Counted from the first letter of the stretch, positions 1 to 14,927 are shown. The stretch: DNA of 64,000 bases from Proteromonas lacertae (GCA_002245135.1 NGBS01001176.1:1-64000), one strand, 5' to 3'. Made by a program: numbers and translations. The notes: generated by a model from the letters alone, not told the origin.

Positions 1-552
1 GAAATATTGGTTTATATACACTTTTTAAGAATAATTCAGGATAATATGACAGTTCTACAATCTCATAGTATGTAATAATTGCATATTAAAGGGATTTCGA
101 TAATCAGTTGTCTTTTGATGAAAAATTGAAATATAAACTATTTTTTCATCATCTTTTAAATATATTAAAGTAACTACATACTTCTTAATCTATGCAAAAA
201 ATAACAATTCTATATACATTTTCAAATACTATAATCCTTTATTACAAATATCTCAATAAGCTTATTGTCATATGAAAACCATGATCAACTGCTTCAGTAC
301 CTGCATACATATCAAATGACAGATTAAATACAGATGTTTCTTCATTTTGAAGGTTAACCGCATAAATTGAGTTGCCTTAAGCAGATAGCACAAATAAAAC
401 AGTATTATAAAGAATAAAGGTCCATAGAATGAAATATTCATAAAACAAAAATCAAATTCAAAAATTGAAACGATCAAATTTGCATTTAGAAATTTAAAAA
501 ACAAAGAAATAAGATTAAAAACAAAACAATAAGAAACATTTTAGATTTTTAT

Positions 553-2912
553 TTATTTACCAGGAAAAAGTTGTTCATAAATATCAAATGATCCAGTTCC
601 TGCCTTCATTAATTCACCAACAGATATTCTGGCTGAAGGGGTATTCATATTATCAGTACTACCATATAAAGCAGCTTTAGTTAAGAACTGTGAAGTAGTT
701 TCATAACTCATCTGTAAGTAAGGACTTCCATGATCAGCTAAACCCATTCTACTCATTGGAGTATAACATCCTTGATATGTCATATAATCAGCAACTAAAC
801 CTAAATGTCTTTTATCTACACTAATACCATATACTGAAAACACTCTGTTAATCTCATTCATAAATTGCTGATCTTGCTGCTTCTACACCAAATATGTCTA
901 ATATCAATGCAATATCATTACACACCACATGATTAATATCAACAATATCTTTCAACTTCCATATAGCTTGGAAATTCACACCATCAGTTTGTAGTTTTAT
1001 GTTTGTATTATTATTACTACCTTCTTGTGGTAAAACAACACATCGTTTAATACCAGTAACTGATGAGATAATAGTTTTCATGGCTACTTCTTCACATATA
1101 TCAACCATTAATAGTTTCTGTACATTTGGATCAATATTTAATATAATTACAGCTTTCTTATCTTTAGGACTAAACACTAAACCATTGAAGAAGGAACTCT
1201 TTGATACAATTACATCACATGGTACTTCTTTATATCCTTTATCTATATATGGTTTAATTGGAGAATCTTCTGCATATTGATATAACACTGGTTTATTAGC
1301 TTCTTCATCATTCTCTTTCTTTACTCTCTTCTTTTTCTTCTTTTCATTAACTTCATCTTTAACTTCTCCTTCATTTTCTGATGAATTGTAATCTTTAATT
1401 TCATCATCATTATCATCATTATAAGTAGGTTCTTCTTCTTGTTCCATCAACATTCTATTAAATTCATCTTCTTTATTCTCTTCTTCTTCATCATCTTCAT
1501 AAGATACTATTTCTTTCTTTGATTTAGCTTTCTTTTCTCATCACCATCTTCATAATATATTTTATTAAAATCAATTTTTGCTTCATCATCATTATCATCT
1601 TCATCATTATCATCATTCGATTTATTCTTCTTTGATTTCTTTTCAACATTTACAGTTTGTATTGTTGATCCATTATTTCCTTCTTTATGTAATTTCTTTA
1701 TTATTTTTGTGATATGCACTAATAAAGCTGGACAATATGTATTAGCAATAATCTTTGTAAGCATTTCTTCATTTATACTATATTCATCTTTAATAATATC
1801 TAAATCTACGAATTTTATAGATATTACATATCTTCTAATATAACTCAATTTTGAACTTGTTTTTGGCATTACTACTGATTTTACATCAATACTCTTCTTT
1901 GGATCTAATAAATCACTTATCTTCAATCGGTACAAACTATTGGCTAATTTCTTAGCTTCTCTCATTGTTGTTCCATTTTTCAATGGTAATTCCATCAATG
2001 GAGTTAAGATACTTCTTGAAGCAGTCATTATAATTTCTCTTAGACGAGGAATACCCATTGTTACATTAACAGCACCATGTCCAGCTAAATGGAATGTATT
2101 TAATGTCATCTGTGTGGATGGTTCACCAATACTTTGAGCTGCAATACAACCAACACTTTCACCTGGTGATACTAAGCCTCTCATTGTTTTCAACCACATT
2201 AATACTTCAAATGTTGGCATATCTTGTAGTAAATTGTCAGGATTTCTTTCAGTATAATTTCTAATCTTTTCATAGGTTGATTCACCGATTGAACCAAAGT
2301 AAGATCCTGGTGGATATTTGGATTGAACTGTATTAGGTAATATCAATTTAACTATTTGTAATAATGCATTTGTCTTTTTATCTTTGATTTTATAAGGAAT
2401 ATGTTTAATCTTCTTTTTTTCTCCTTTGAATAATATTGTATAATAAACCATATCACCTTCTTTGACTGTTTCTGTGATTTTACCTTCAAACCATCCTTTT
2501 CTAATATTACCTACTTGATATTCACCATTTTCATCAATCTTTCTTCTTGCATAGACAATATGATCAGATGGAATTACACTATTATTTTCTAATTCATTTA
2601 ATATCTTCTTATTCTCTGATAATACAGTGAATTGTTCATTCGGCCCTTCTATTCTTAAACCATCTTCAGTTCCAAAGTTAATTGATTTTATACTATATTT
2701 CTCAGCTAAACCTTGATGATTCTTTATTAAGAATCTAAACTCTGAATCTTTACCTAATAAATAACTTGTACCTCCAACATCCATACAATCATCTCCATAT
2801 AATAACTCAATTATATTTCCTTCACCATCTCTTACTGAATAATCATATTTCACTACCAAATCTTCTAAACTCTTCATTACACATCGTTGTAAATAACCTG
2901 AACGTGATGTTT

Positions 2913-2946
<34 letters not shown>

Positions 2947-5900
2947 CATACAATGGAAATAATACTCTTGTGGACGAATACCAGTTAAAAATCGATCAGA
3001 GATAAATCCACCACATCTTGGATTTGGATCAAATGGTGCAAATGATGGTAATGATTTACCACTACACATAATAGGAACTCTTCGACCTTCTAATTCCTGT
3101 TGACCTAAACAACATGAGATTTGTGAATGATTCACCAATGAACCTTTTGCACCAGAGGTAACCATTGTAGAAAACATATTTTTAGGGAATTCTTTGATTA
3201 AACCATATGGTAAACATGTTTTGATAATATCTGAAGATATTGGAGATACTAATTGTCTCATAGTTTGATCCCATTGTTCATTCACTTCACTCATTCCATC
3301 TGTCAACATCTTTGATTGTAATTGTTTTCTCACTTCAGAATGTAATACTTGTATAGGAATTGATTTGTTTTGAATTTCAACAAAATCAGCTGTTCCTAAA
3401 ATACCTTTTTCTAAAGATTTCTCTATAATTTCACTTCTTTTACTATCAGCTTCTTTATTCAATATTAAATCATCCATACCACAAGTAAATCCAGCATATT
3501 GATAATATAACATAAATAATCTTGCTAATGATGATAAAGCAGCAGCACTAACTACTGGTCCATATACTTCATAGATTGCATGAATCATACTGTAAGAAGT
3601 TGCGCCAATTGATGATTTATCTAATGTTCCTTTCACTAAGTAATTATCTAATATTAATATCTCCTGTTCACTCATTACATCACCTCCACATGTATATTTA
3701 CCACCTTTACCCCATTGTTTATCTTGAACTTTAGATCTACCTTCATAATTCAATCCTGGTAATTCACCTGTTAATTGATTCAAAATTGTTGTAATGATTT
3801 GTTTACCAGTGTATAATATCTTTGGTTTTAATATAGCTGGATATATTGTTTTGATTTTTCTTGAACTGAATTCTTTTCTTAACCCACTTAAACTGAAATA
3901 AACCATTTCTTGATACATCTCTCTAGTAAAGAATGTATCTTTCTTTGTTAATAATAATGCTGAAGATATACTATCTTGAATTAAACCTCTTAATGGAGAT
4001 CCATCTTTAGGTGATAAATATTGATGAATTGCACTTACAATATTATAACCTTCACTTCTAGCTAACTCATTCTGAGGGAAATGAATATTAATTTCATCAC
4101 CATCAAAATCTGCATTAAAAGTATTGCAATTACTATAATGCATTCTGATAGTTTGTCTTTTTGATTTTAATACTTTTACTCTCATTGCCATTATTGATGG
4201 TTTGTGTAATGTTGGTTGTCTATTAACTAATACAATATCTCCATCTAATAAATGTCTCCATACTCTCTTTGGCTTGCTATTTCCTACTGTATTGATTAAT
4301 ATAGTTCTACTTAATGCTTTACGCTGTTGTAATGATCTTCCTTTTAATGATAACATTTTACCATTTTGATCTTCAATATACATTGCACCTGGATATTTAT
4401 CACTTCCATTAATAATGAATTTCCTTAATTCATTGATATTATAAGATGTTACATAAGTTGGATAACATAAATTAGTTGCAAATCTTACAGGTAAACCAAT
4501 CTCATCAGTATCGAGATTTGGATCTGGAGAGATGACGGATCTACATGCAAAATTAACTCTTTTACCCATCATATTTTTTCTAAATAAACCTTCTTTCTTT
4601 TCTAATAATTGTTTTATACCTGGACCACTTGGATTACGTGATAATGTACTGTCAATATATGAATTAACATTCTCTTGTAATTGAATCATTGAATTCACTT
4701 GTAAATTGAAATTCTCTTGTCTTTTCTTAGCTTTCTCTTCTTCATTATCATTATCATTATCATTATCATCATCTTCTTCTTCTAAATTTTCTTCATTTTC
4801 TTTCTGTTTAGCACTTCTTCTCATCACTGCAAATTTTGATGTTACTTTCAATCCTAATAATCTTTCATTCAATGTCAATATATTGGATAAATTCAAATTC
4901 TGAGGATGTTCACACATACGATCATTCACTGATTGAGGTGGTCGGAATCTGTTTGGAGTTACAGGAACTGCTTTAATAAAGAATATTTCATATCCTCTCA
5001 TCATCATCATATTATTATTATTATCATAAGAACTACCCCATATCAAATTACATATTTCATTTTCATTTTCCCATAAATGTAATAATTGCATTTCTACTTC
5101 TAGTGGTGATATATATTCTAATTTCTTTAATTCTTTCACTTTTTTACTTTGTTTATTAACATCATTATCGATTATTAATTCATCATCACTATTGTCATCA
5201 TCATTTATTTCACTATCACTATCACTATCATTCAAATTATTTATATCGATTCCTTCCATTCCTTGAATTTTATTACTATTATCAATTATATTCTTATATT
5301 CTGTACCACTAGCTTTCATTTGTTTGATTTGCTTTGAATTTAATTTTACACTAAAAATCTTTGTTTTTCCATCAGTTTTGTACTTTATAACTGGTGCTCC
5401 ACAATTTTCGCACTTTATTTTCGGTGCATTTTGTAGAAAATCGTTTATTAGCGTTGATCTATATTGTCTACTATGAGAAAATAATAATGAATCTTTATAA
5501 TCACGATTTATAGTTTTGCAGTATTTTTCATAATGTTCTATTAATTCTATTTGCTTATCTAAATCTGGCTCACCATCTGGCTTGATTAATTTGTTTAATT
5601 CTCTCTTTAACTCCAATGCTTTGCAAAATTCACCACAATCTATTAAGGATATTTCTGTGTAATAAAATCTAACTCTTGTATTGTTCATTAAGAAATGATG
5701 ACAATTCATACATTTGGATTTCAATATAGCTATCATATGACGGAATAGTAAAGGATTATAAACTGGGATTGATAATTCTATATGACCTATATGTCCTGGA
5801 CAATCTTGATATATTTCATCACATGTTGGACATCTAGCACCAAAATCACTTGGTCCTAATGAAGGATCATACAAGCCACTATGCATGTGATTAAAAATAT

Positions 5901-6059
5901 AAAAATATACCCTATAACCGGTTGTTTTAATGAATTAAAAGTAACTGGTGAAGTGATTTGTTTGACACTAATACGTCTTATTTCTTCAGGTGAATAAAAA
6001 CTGAACTGAGAATGATTCACTTCATGAACAACATCACAATATATGATATCCTCTTCCAT
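553..6059 (-). CDS. RPA1: RNA polymerase I largest subunit. Exon 1 is 5911-6059, followed by a 32-nt intron at 5879-5910. There are frame breaks near 1510-1545 and at about 862.
   Basis: Motifs CPGHIGHIEL, GKRVNFACRSVISPDP, NRQPTLH, catalytic NADFDGD, AVKTSRSGYLQR and the Pol I-type TQMTLNTFHLAGHGAVNVTMGIPRLREI. Splicing GTATAT...CATAG gives KQPVIG-GLYDP. Confidence 0.95.
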
Positions 6060-6131
6060 TATGATGATGAAAAATGAAATGCAATTTTGTATCAAGCCTT
6101 CAAGCTTTGATTGTTTTTAAAATCTAAAAAT

Positions 6132-6830
6132 ATGAGACATAGAGAGGTACCAAAGGAAGAACCAAAAGAAACTCATTATTTTGTGTCACGTGAAGACGAA
6201 GTATTTAATTTTTAATTAACCTAATTCACTTCATCTAGATTTTATCTGCTCCTTATGTATCAGAACATTTTGCATTAGCAACAGGAATGTCAACAAAAGA
6301 ATGTTATAGATTTTATGATTGCTTTAAATGTTGTCCTAAATGGAAGAAATGTTTTCTAGTGTTAACAACAGGATTTCTACTAAGATATAATTCACAAAAT
6401 GTATAATAATTGTTTATGAAGTATTATTTAAATAGGAAACAACACCAAAAGGGTATTTGTAGTTTATATATATCATAGATGTCCAATCAAATTAGAAGGA
6501 GTGTTTGCTGATAGAGATGATATAAACCCTGAGATATTAGTAATAACTACATTTAGAAAAGTGTATAAGTTTTGGATGGATAGTGAAGAAGATGTTGACT
6601 TTTGGTTGAATCATTTAGTAGATGCTAAATTAACAAGAGCTAAATACACTAGAGGAGCTTTAGAAATGTCTAAGGATGAAAAATACTTTGAATCTGTATA
6701 TTCTTTTTATTTCTAATTTACTTTTATATATATATATATATATAAATAGAAAGCCAATGATCTATATAATTCAATTACTAAGGCTGAGTATATGTTAGGG
6801 AATCAAGGTAATTTACATCCTTATATGTAG
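6132..6830 (+). CDS. Small PH-domain-like protein with 4 short introns (6201-6238, 6401-6435, 6453-6478, 6696-6749)
   Basis: Manual splicing at GT-AG gives one open frame: WKKCFLVLTTGFLLRY...PKGCPIKLEG...LVITTFRKVYKFWMDSEEDVDFWLNHL, which fits the PH-fold pattern including the C-terminal helix Trp. Confidence 0.75.
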
Positions 6831-6922
6831 ATTTTTGTAAAATATTTATTAATTTGTTCGTTTTTTTTGATATTTGAATTTAAAAAATTCAGCTTGGCTC
6901 GCAAATCTCTAAATTAATTATT

Positions 6923-9072
6923 ATGACTGTTGAAGAAAGCAACGCAATTGCAGAAGTAGACAATTATCTCACTGAAAAAGAAGATACAAATCCTGCAAAT
7001 CCTGATGTTAATGGTATTACTCTTCGCTAATTTTGTGTATTTATAGAAGAAAATGTAAAGCCTTCTTTGCCAGTTGCTTCTAAAATACCTAGGGCACATG
7101 TAATACAGTCACCAATAGCACCAAAATTAGAACAGTTCAAATTTAGGTTAAAATCTACCTCAGATTTAGAAAGAGCTGCAAATCAATCACAACCATTAAA
7201 AGCACAAGTGTCTGATGATGTATATATTTAATTTTATTCATTATTCATAAATAGTCAAGTCGATTTAGTAGATTATACCAAGATGCAAAGATAATAAGTG
7301 ACAAAAAGAAGCAGATGCTAGAACAACAAATCTCAGATAATACATTCAAACCACAAATTACCTCCAAAGCTCGTTCTTTAAGTTTACGTCGTAGAGAAGA
7401 GAAGCCATGTTATGAAAGTCTTTATGAAAATGCGATTCAACTGAAAGAAAAGCAAAAGAAGAAAGAAAAAGAATTAAGTAAAGAATGTACTTTCAAGCCA
7501 AGTATTACACAGAAGGGAAGATCAATTTCGCTCCGCAAGAACAATGATAAACCTGCATCCTATGAATCCTTATACAATGATGCAAAGAAAAAACAAGAAA
7601 AGCTTGAAGAAGCTCGTAAGACAAATGGAATGAATGAATGTACCTTTAAGCCAAATATCACTAATAAAGCACATCGTTCACAGTCTCAAGTAAAGAAATA
7701 CAGTGAATTAATACAAAAAGAAAAAACACATAAACAAGTATTAGAAAAGAAAATAAATGACAAAGAGAATAAAGAATGTACATTTAAACCAACAATTAAT
7801 AATAAAAAGAGAACAAATACAGCTCCTAAATCATTAGATAGGAATAGTATATCAACAGGTGAAAGATTATATCAAAAACAACAAGATATTAATCAGCATC
7901 GTAAAGAGTTGAAAGATAAATATATAAATGATGAAATGAAAGATGTTACATTCAAGCCATCTATTAATAATACATCATCTGCAGTAATGGGTACAACTAC
8001 AACTATTACATCAACTTCAGATACATTTGATCGATTATACAATACACCACGAAGGAATAGTAAATCATCAACATCATCCAATAATAATGAAGAAGAAAAT
8101 TATTCATTTAGACCAACTATTAATAAATATCATAGACCCAGTAGTTCCAGTAAAGCAACTAGTAGAAAGTCTAATACAACAATTGATAATACAAACAGTA
8201 ATGTATTTGATCGATTACATACAAAGAATACTGAAATAGAAAAGAAATTATTAGATGCTAAGAAGGAGAAAGAACAGAAGGAGTTACAAGAATGTACATT
8301 TAAACCAAAGATATCACCATATACTAAATCACATACTCTGATATGGAATAGAAATGATAATACGAAATTAGAATTAGAAAAGAGAGAAAAAGAGAAGATA
8401 GAAAGAGAGTTGAAAGATTGTACATTTAAACCAAAGATATTAGATAATAATAATATAAATACTTCAACATTATCAACTACTACTACTACTAATAATAATG
8501 GTGGTAATGTATATCAACGATTAGCAGTTCCAAGAGATTACAATAAATATGAACAAATGAAAGAAGAATTAGAAGCAGAGAAATGTACTTTTAATCCAAA
8601 AATATCAATTATTAAATCACCTACAAAAAGTAATAATACATTAAAGAAGAAGAAAACTGTAGGAATGAAGAAAAAATTAACTAATATTAATAATATTAAT
8701 AAAAACAAGAATAGTAGTAGTATTCCACCAGCTCCAAAATTAGAGAATGATGATATGATGATTGAATTTGATAATAATGAGGAAGGAGTAATTGGAAATG
8801 ATAATTATAATTATAATTGTTATTATAATGAAGGTGATATAGAAGGTGGAGAGATGGAAGAAGAAGGAGAAGAAGAAGGAGAAGGTGATGGAAATGAAAT
8901 AGTCAATGATAATAATGATGAAGAAAGAATATCTTCTCATAGTATGAAGTTAGATCGTAATACTACTAATGATTCATTACCTAGAACTACACCTGTAGAG
9001 ATTGATGAGAATAATGAGAATGAAGATAATGTTGAAAGTGGAGGAATGTGTACTTCTCCTATTCAACTATGA
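6923..9072 (+). CDS. Protein with multiple (E/D)CTFKPxI and F(D/E)RLY repeats and an acidic tail, possibly cytoskeleton-associated. Two 5' introns.
   Basis: About 9 TFKP/SFRP repeats in ORF 7315-9072. Upstream exons from ATG 6923 splice in frame via introns near 7014-7046 and 7219-7254. Confidence 0.7.
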
Positions 9073-9199
9073 TGAATTAATATATTAATAATTAATTATG
9101 ATATAGATTATTGTTTTTCATACTAATTATCTAGGAAGATAATTCAGGATACATTTGAGGAACATAGAAATATTTACTATCATATATATATAATTATAT

Positions 9200-10284
9200 C
9201 AGGGTTGTATTTATCGGTTACCGACGGAGATAGGTCAAAACCTATAGGTTTTGCCTTGACTGTAGGTAGGTCAAGCCTTACAAGCCGTATATTATAAAAT
9301 CTATTTTAATTCATTATATACTAATTTTCCCTTCATAAAAACTATCTTATAATATATTTTAATACTTGATTCATATATTTTCAATTCAATTAAATAAATT
9401 CTAACTTTTTATAAAGAATTACAATTTAATACTCAACAATAATTAGGTATTTTATATAATTATGTTCTTATTTATTTCTACTAATCATCAGTTTCATTTG
9501 TAATCTATCACATGATAAATTTGATTTGGATAAGTTACTTATTTATCCAGCCTCGGAAAATATTCTTTCTAGCTCTGAAGATGTTGCTAGACTGTTTAAA
9601 CTGTTTTTGGCAAGTATGTATACCCTAGGAAACTTGGACTTTATTGATAGCCAGATATTTCCAATGGTTTCAGAGGTGCTGTAATGAATATCATATTGCA
9701 AATATTCTTGTACTTCATTTGGCATAATTAATCTCTTTCTTTTTACTGCAAATGCATTTTTCAAGGCTTTTTATCTTTAACATATTATACCAAAAGGTTT
9801 TGTAGAAGTTAAAATTAAGATGTTTAAGCATATTTGCCTCTATTAAGGCAATAACTTCACGAGCCGCTCCAATTGGTAAAACTATACTCCTAGAATATAT
9901 AATGATAGATTATATTAGATACATTTATGATAATTTTAAGAAATGATTAATGTCAAGCTAAATGTTTGCCATTTTTTCTTTCAAATTTTTATAATCATTC
10001 TATACTTTATATTACATATATAACACAATAGTATAACTCATTGGTAAGGTTAGATTCAATTATGAGAAAGAAAAAAGCGCATCGACCAACGGTTAATTCG
10101 GTATTTTATAGAATGATATATAGAGCTTGAATTCAATATGTACAGTTAGATAATATTATTAATATCACATGTTTAGGAGGAGGTCAGCTAATAGTTACTA
10201 CAGCCTGGTGTCGGTCAACATTTATTTATTGACCTACGACCGATCGGTTTTCTCCGTCGGTCATGACCGATTTATACAACCCTG
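9200..10284 (-). mobile_element. Internally deleted hAT DNA transposon
   Basis: Terminal inverted repeats (TIRs) CAGGGTTGTAT..ATCGGT..ACCGACGGAGA at 9200 and, reversed, ending at 10284. Flanking 8-mers AATTATAT/ATTTTTAT match 6/8. ORF 9543-9764 has the hAT dimerization motif W..KFP..LA..L..ATS..ERIFSEAG. Confidence 0.85.
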
Positions 10285-10339
10285 ATTTTTATATTTTTTT
10301 GAAAAATCTGTCTCGTTTAATGGCCTTTGTTGTGAGCCG

Positions 10340-10390
10340 TGTCGCGCGCGATAAAGAAATTTGCGAGGTAAAGGAAGTAACAAGTTTCCA
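10340..10390 (+). repeat. Terminus of a second TGT-starting TIR family (TGTCGCGCGCGATAAAGAAAT)
   Basis: A reverse-complement copy ends at 52738 and a partial copy lies at about 53125-53160. It directly follows a truncated TGTTGTGAGCCG end at 10328. Confidence 0.6.
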
Positions 10391-10811
10391 TTAAAGTGAA
10401 TATGCTAATACTTATTTGGAAGGCCGAGTGAATATAAATACTCAAATTTTCTATGATATTTATATCATCTATTATTTTTCTTTATAATTATTTTATTATT
10501 TAAATTGCTAGAGTATATTAGCATTTATGTCTCATTAACATATTGATGCATATATAGTGCCCTTTAAAAAAATATGGAAGAAAAAAGAAAATAAGTTCAA
10601 GCCTTCCTCAAGCCAATATTTTATTTTTTATTTTAAATCATCGTAACACCGATTTTGTTTTATCTTATCATCAAAGAATTAATAATTCCATTCTCTTCCA
10701 GTGATATATGCAATAAAAATAATGTTATATGATAGAAATAAGGAAGATGGAATTATTTTTTAATTTCATTATCAAATCGGAGTTAGTCTCTGATTTCTCA
10801 TTTGAGACTTC

Positions 10812-11170
10812 TGTTGTGCGCCGTTTGTCATAGTTGGCCATTTGTCTACCAGACACTTTTAAAACAAACTAAATGTATATTCTTACTTGTCTTGATGAAA
10901 AATTGCTACTTTTATACTAACTTTGTTATATGACCTACCTCTGCAGTATACTGTCTTGTTAATATAAATAGTTTGAATATTTGCGCCGTTTGTTTTCTAG
11001 AAATTTTTAAAGCAAAATAAATGTATATTTAGCTAATATAGACTAAAATACATTAGCCAAATGTTTAGAATATAATAATTATTAAATCTTTCTATATAAA
11101 AAAAGAAATGCAAAAAATAGGCTTGAGTGAGGCTTGATTGTATTATTTCTATTTTCATTTTAAATGTCTT
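10812..11170 (+). repeat. Long Ginger-type TIR, probably the 3' end of the adjacent integrase-protease element
   Basis: TGTTGTGCGCCGTTTGTCATAGTTGGCC...; closely matches the left arm of the MITE at 54246 over about 350 nt. Confidence 0.85.
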
Positions 11171-11830
11171 ACAGCGATTTTACTTTTACTTAAGATAATT
11201 TTCAAAAAACTTAAGCAAGCCTGTTGTTCCCCTTTGAGTACAACTCCCCGTTGAGCGATTAGAGACTTTAGAAACAAACTAACTACATAATGAGTTATGA
11301 AGGGATATATAGGTGGTCATATAACATATACAACATGTCGCGATATCAACTATTACACCAACTAGTTCACTTTTATTTCATATTATATATGTACATATTA
11401 TGCTTATTAATAATATAAATTTTTTTCAAAAAATTTCAATTGGATGATGAGATAAACAAAAAAATGTGTTGTAAATCCTGAATTCTTTTACCCCCTTAAT
11501 TATTTTTTTTATCGTTAATTTCATAAGTAATTGTTTATATTTTTGTATATCTTTTTAAATTATTTCGTAATTATAAATAATAAACTATATTATACAATAA
11601 CTACTCTTTCTTTTGTAATTCACTTTGGTAATGTTATAAATTTTGAGTAATTTTTGATATTAATATATAGATAGATGTATTATAGTATGTGTATTACATA
11701 TACATATTTTAATCTTAATAGGAAAAGTGAATATGAATTTATATACTTTTAATTATTTGTTATTTAAAAGTTAAATTTGTAAAACAAACAAGTTACAATA
11801 AAACATTATTATAATGAATTAATATAGATG

Positions 11831-14800
11831 TTAGCATTTGAATCTATAGAATGATGGTTTATGCTTTTTATACCAATATAACTTTGCTTTATCATTATTA
11901 TCCAATGATGCTAAAACCCTTTTTAAATCCATTATAAAGTACGATATATTGAAAGATTCTATATGTTTCACATCTTCAATTTCCATATTCATCTTTCTTA
12001 TACCTAAAAAGAACAATGCAAAATAACTGCAGCTCTTATCACCTTTTTGTTTTAAGTTCTTTAACTCATAATCTAATGGTATTATTTCACTGCATTTATA
12101 AGAGATATCGATGTTTTCTGTGTCAAATAATGATGTAATATCAGAGTATAAATACCTTCTATCTTGAGAGTCATGAGTATATTCTTTCATTGAATCATGG
12201 ATATAACATGTAATTGATTCATTCTTTACATATTCCACCTCCCATACTGTCCAATGATGTTCTCTGCATACTGGAATGAAATAAGTACCACTATGATGAA
12301 TGGGGTGATTGGGAGCTTCACTCTGATATAGCACCAATGGATCTATAACATCACTATTGTCATTGTTGATGAAATGTAGTAGAAGTGTGAACTCGTCTGT
12401 ATTTAACTCATAATTAGTATTCATATCACATATTAATTTTTCACATTTACTGATGTTTCCAGCCCTTTCTTTACCTTTGTAACAAACAATCTTATCATCA
12501 TACTGAAATACTTTTCTTATCTTTTTTACAAAGCTTAAACCATGGCTTTCTTGTTCTTCTTCATAAGTAATTGATGATGTTGATATTTTTGAACAATATG
12601 ATTTAAAAAATGCCAAGTTCAATAAACATGAATTGGTATTGATTAATGTATCTATATATTCTTTAAACAAATCTCCTAATAACCTTGTGTCAACACTAAT
12701 AATATTTGCACCCTTACATTTCATCATAAATACTACCAATGAAACTATATCTGTAGCTTCTGGATGATTTGTTTCCACCTTATCAACTAATAATCTGAAT
12801 TGATCTTTATCTTTACCAACTTTAATTCTGAGTTTCTCTAAATCTGTTTTATAATTACCTTTGCTAGATGAGTCAATGACATGAATATACTTTATACCTT
12901 TTACTAATGTCTGATACGTTGTATAATACCTACTATCCGACTTAATTATATAAATATCCCTATTTTTAGTTGTTATATAAGTACCTAAACATTCATCATT
13001 CTCTAATAATAGATCAAATTGACTTCCATAAGTATATAAATCCAATATAAATCTTACATCTATAATAACCAACTGCATTGTTCCAATTTTATTTCTAACA
13101 GATTTAACATATTCTAATCGACTTTCCTTCTAATGGTGATGATGAATCTAATTTAATATCAATTGCTCCTATAGCTATAGTTCCATAGACTGCATTTAAC
13201 TTTGGCCTATGAACTATTTCATGTAATTGTTTCTTATAATCAGGATCTAATAGTCTTTTCTTTGATTGAGGATTCATCTATTATATAATAATAATAAACT
13301 TTATAATACATATAATTCATCAGCTTTTCTTTTCATTTTTTCATTTACTTCTTTTGTAACAGGTATTATTGTAAATGCTGAAGATGTAGTAAGTTTAATT
13401 GCTTGGTCATCAATCCTTAATAATTATATTAATTTAAATATTAATAGTATACAATCCATATAAATCTTTAGTTTTTTTATCTTCTTTAATTATTCCTTTC
13501 TTGTTGTTATCTGCGTAATTCTTCTTCTTGTCTGTATAGACAATTATATCACCATGTTTAGGATTGATAATAGTTTTCTTCAGCTTTTTTTCTGATTCAT
13601 CATGCATTTTATCATTGTATTCATCTCTTCTTTTATTAATGTAATCTTTTGCTATTTCTTCTCATCATATTTTTCTTTTGCTATTTCTATTACTTCAACT
13701 TCATCGTATTCATCATCATTAAAGTATTCTTTATCATCTTCTTTAGAACAATCACATAATTCATCATGACAAACATTACCATCATCATCACAATCAACTG
13801 TACCATTATTACCACCATTATCACCATCTTCTTCGCCATTTTCTTTTATAAATAACTTTGGGTTTTCCTTCTTTAATTGTTCAATATCCATATAGAGTAA
13901 AGATCTAGGCTTAGAATGCGTTCTTCTGCACTTGTGATTGTTTATTGTTTCAATAATTTTATCAACAAATTCAGTCCAATAAATGCCTTTATTCGACATC
14001 ATGAATCCTTTTAAAGTGTTTTTCACAACTCGATTGTACCTTTCTACCTTTCCATTCGTTTGAGGCCTATATGGTGCACTATGAACTTCTTCAATTCCAT
14101 ATTCATTGCATAAACTTCTCATCAAATCATTCTTGAATTCAGTACCATTATCCATTTGAAGAATCTGAGGAGCACCAAAAATTCTGATATAATTTCGCAT
14201 ATTCTTCACTGTTTCTACTTTTGTTTTTCTCTTTAATGGATATATAATTGTAAAATTACTGTAATGATCAATCACTGTAAGAATGTAATTAAACTGTTCT
14301 TCTTCAGTAACTGTAAATTTCTCATTGATTTTACTCATATTAATTAGATCACATAACACTCTTTTGCGTGGATAGCTTGATAGTATCGGTTTTAACGGTT
14401 GTTCAACATGAACTTTCTTCAATTCTTTACATCCAGAACATGTTTTTACGAATACATCTACCATTTCTCTGGTAATACCATAGTACCTCTTTTCATTTAC
14501 CAAGTAATACAAAGGTTCAATTGTAATGTGACCATTACCTTCGTGTAATTCTTTTAGTACATCAAACGATTCTTCAATTTTAATAACCTTCTTTCCTTTA
14601 AACAATAACTGCTTTGTCTTTTCATCGTAAGAATAACCTTTGTTGGAATAGAAGTTTATATCTTTTACATAATCATCGTATTTCTTTTTGGTAAAGCTTC
14701 TACAACGATAATTATCTTCTTCTACTTCATTACTACTAGTAGAACGGCTTCTTTTGTTTCCTTTCTTTCTCTTTTCGATACCTACAGAATGACTTCTTCT

Positions 14801-14927
14801 GTGTTCTTTTATCTTTTTATCGCCGCTGGAAGAGACTTTTTCTTTAAACAACTTATCAAGTGCTTGATAATAAAGAGGTTTGTGATCGTCCTCAAGTACT
14901 TGATCAAGGTGTAATACTTCAGAAAAC
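11831..14927 (-). mobile_element. Ginger-like transposase: H2C2-rve integrase plus C-terminal Ulp1/C48-like cysteine protease, probably one disrupted polyprotein
   Basis: ORF 13652-14851 has LHEGNGH..CSGC and the D-D-E triad in LCDLINM / LQMDNGTEF / PQTNGKVERYN. ORF 11831-13078 has HHWTV, IHDS and QKGDKSC (clan CE H-D-Q-C). The linker is coding-like but broken. A splice-acceptor-like TATAG lies at about 14928. Confidence 0.8.

Noticed and set aside
999..4903. Short plus-strand ORFs within RPA1, and similar antisense ORFs elsewhere
   Set aside because: Shadow ORFs opposite real genes, with low-complexity translations.
13652..14851. LTR retrotransposon pol gene
   Set aside because: No RT, RNase H, gag or LTRs were seen, and the TIRs and TSDs fit a Ginger-type DNA transposon.
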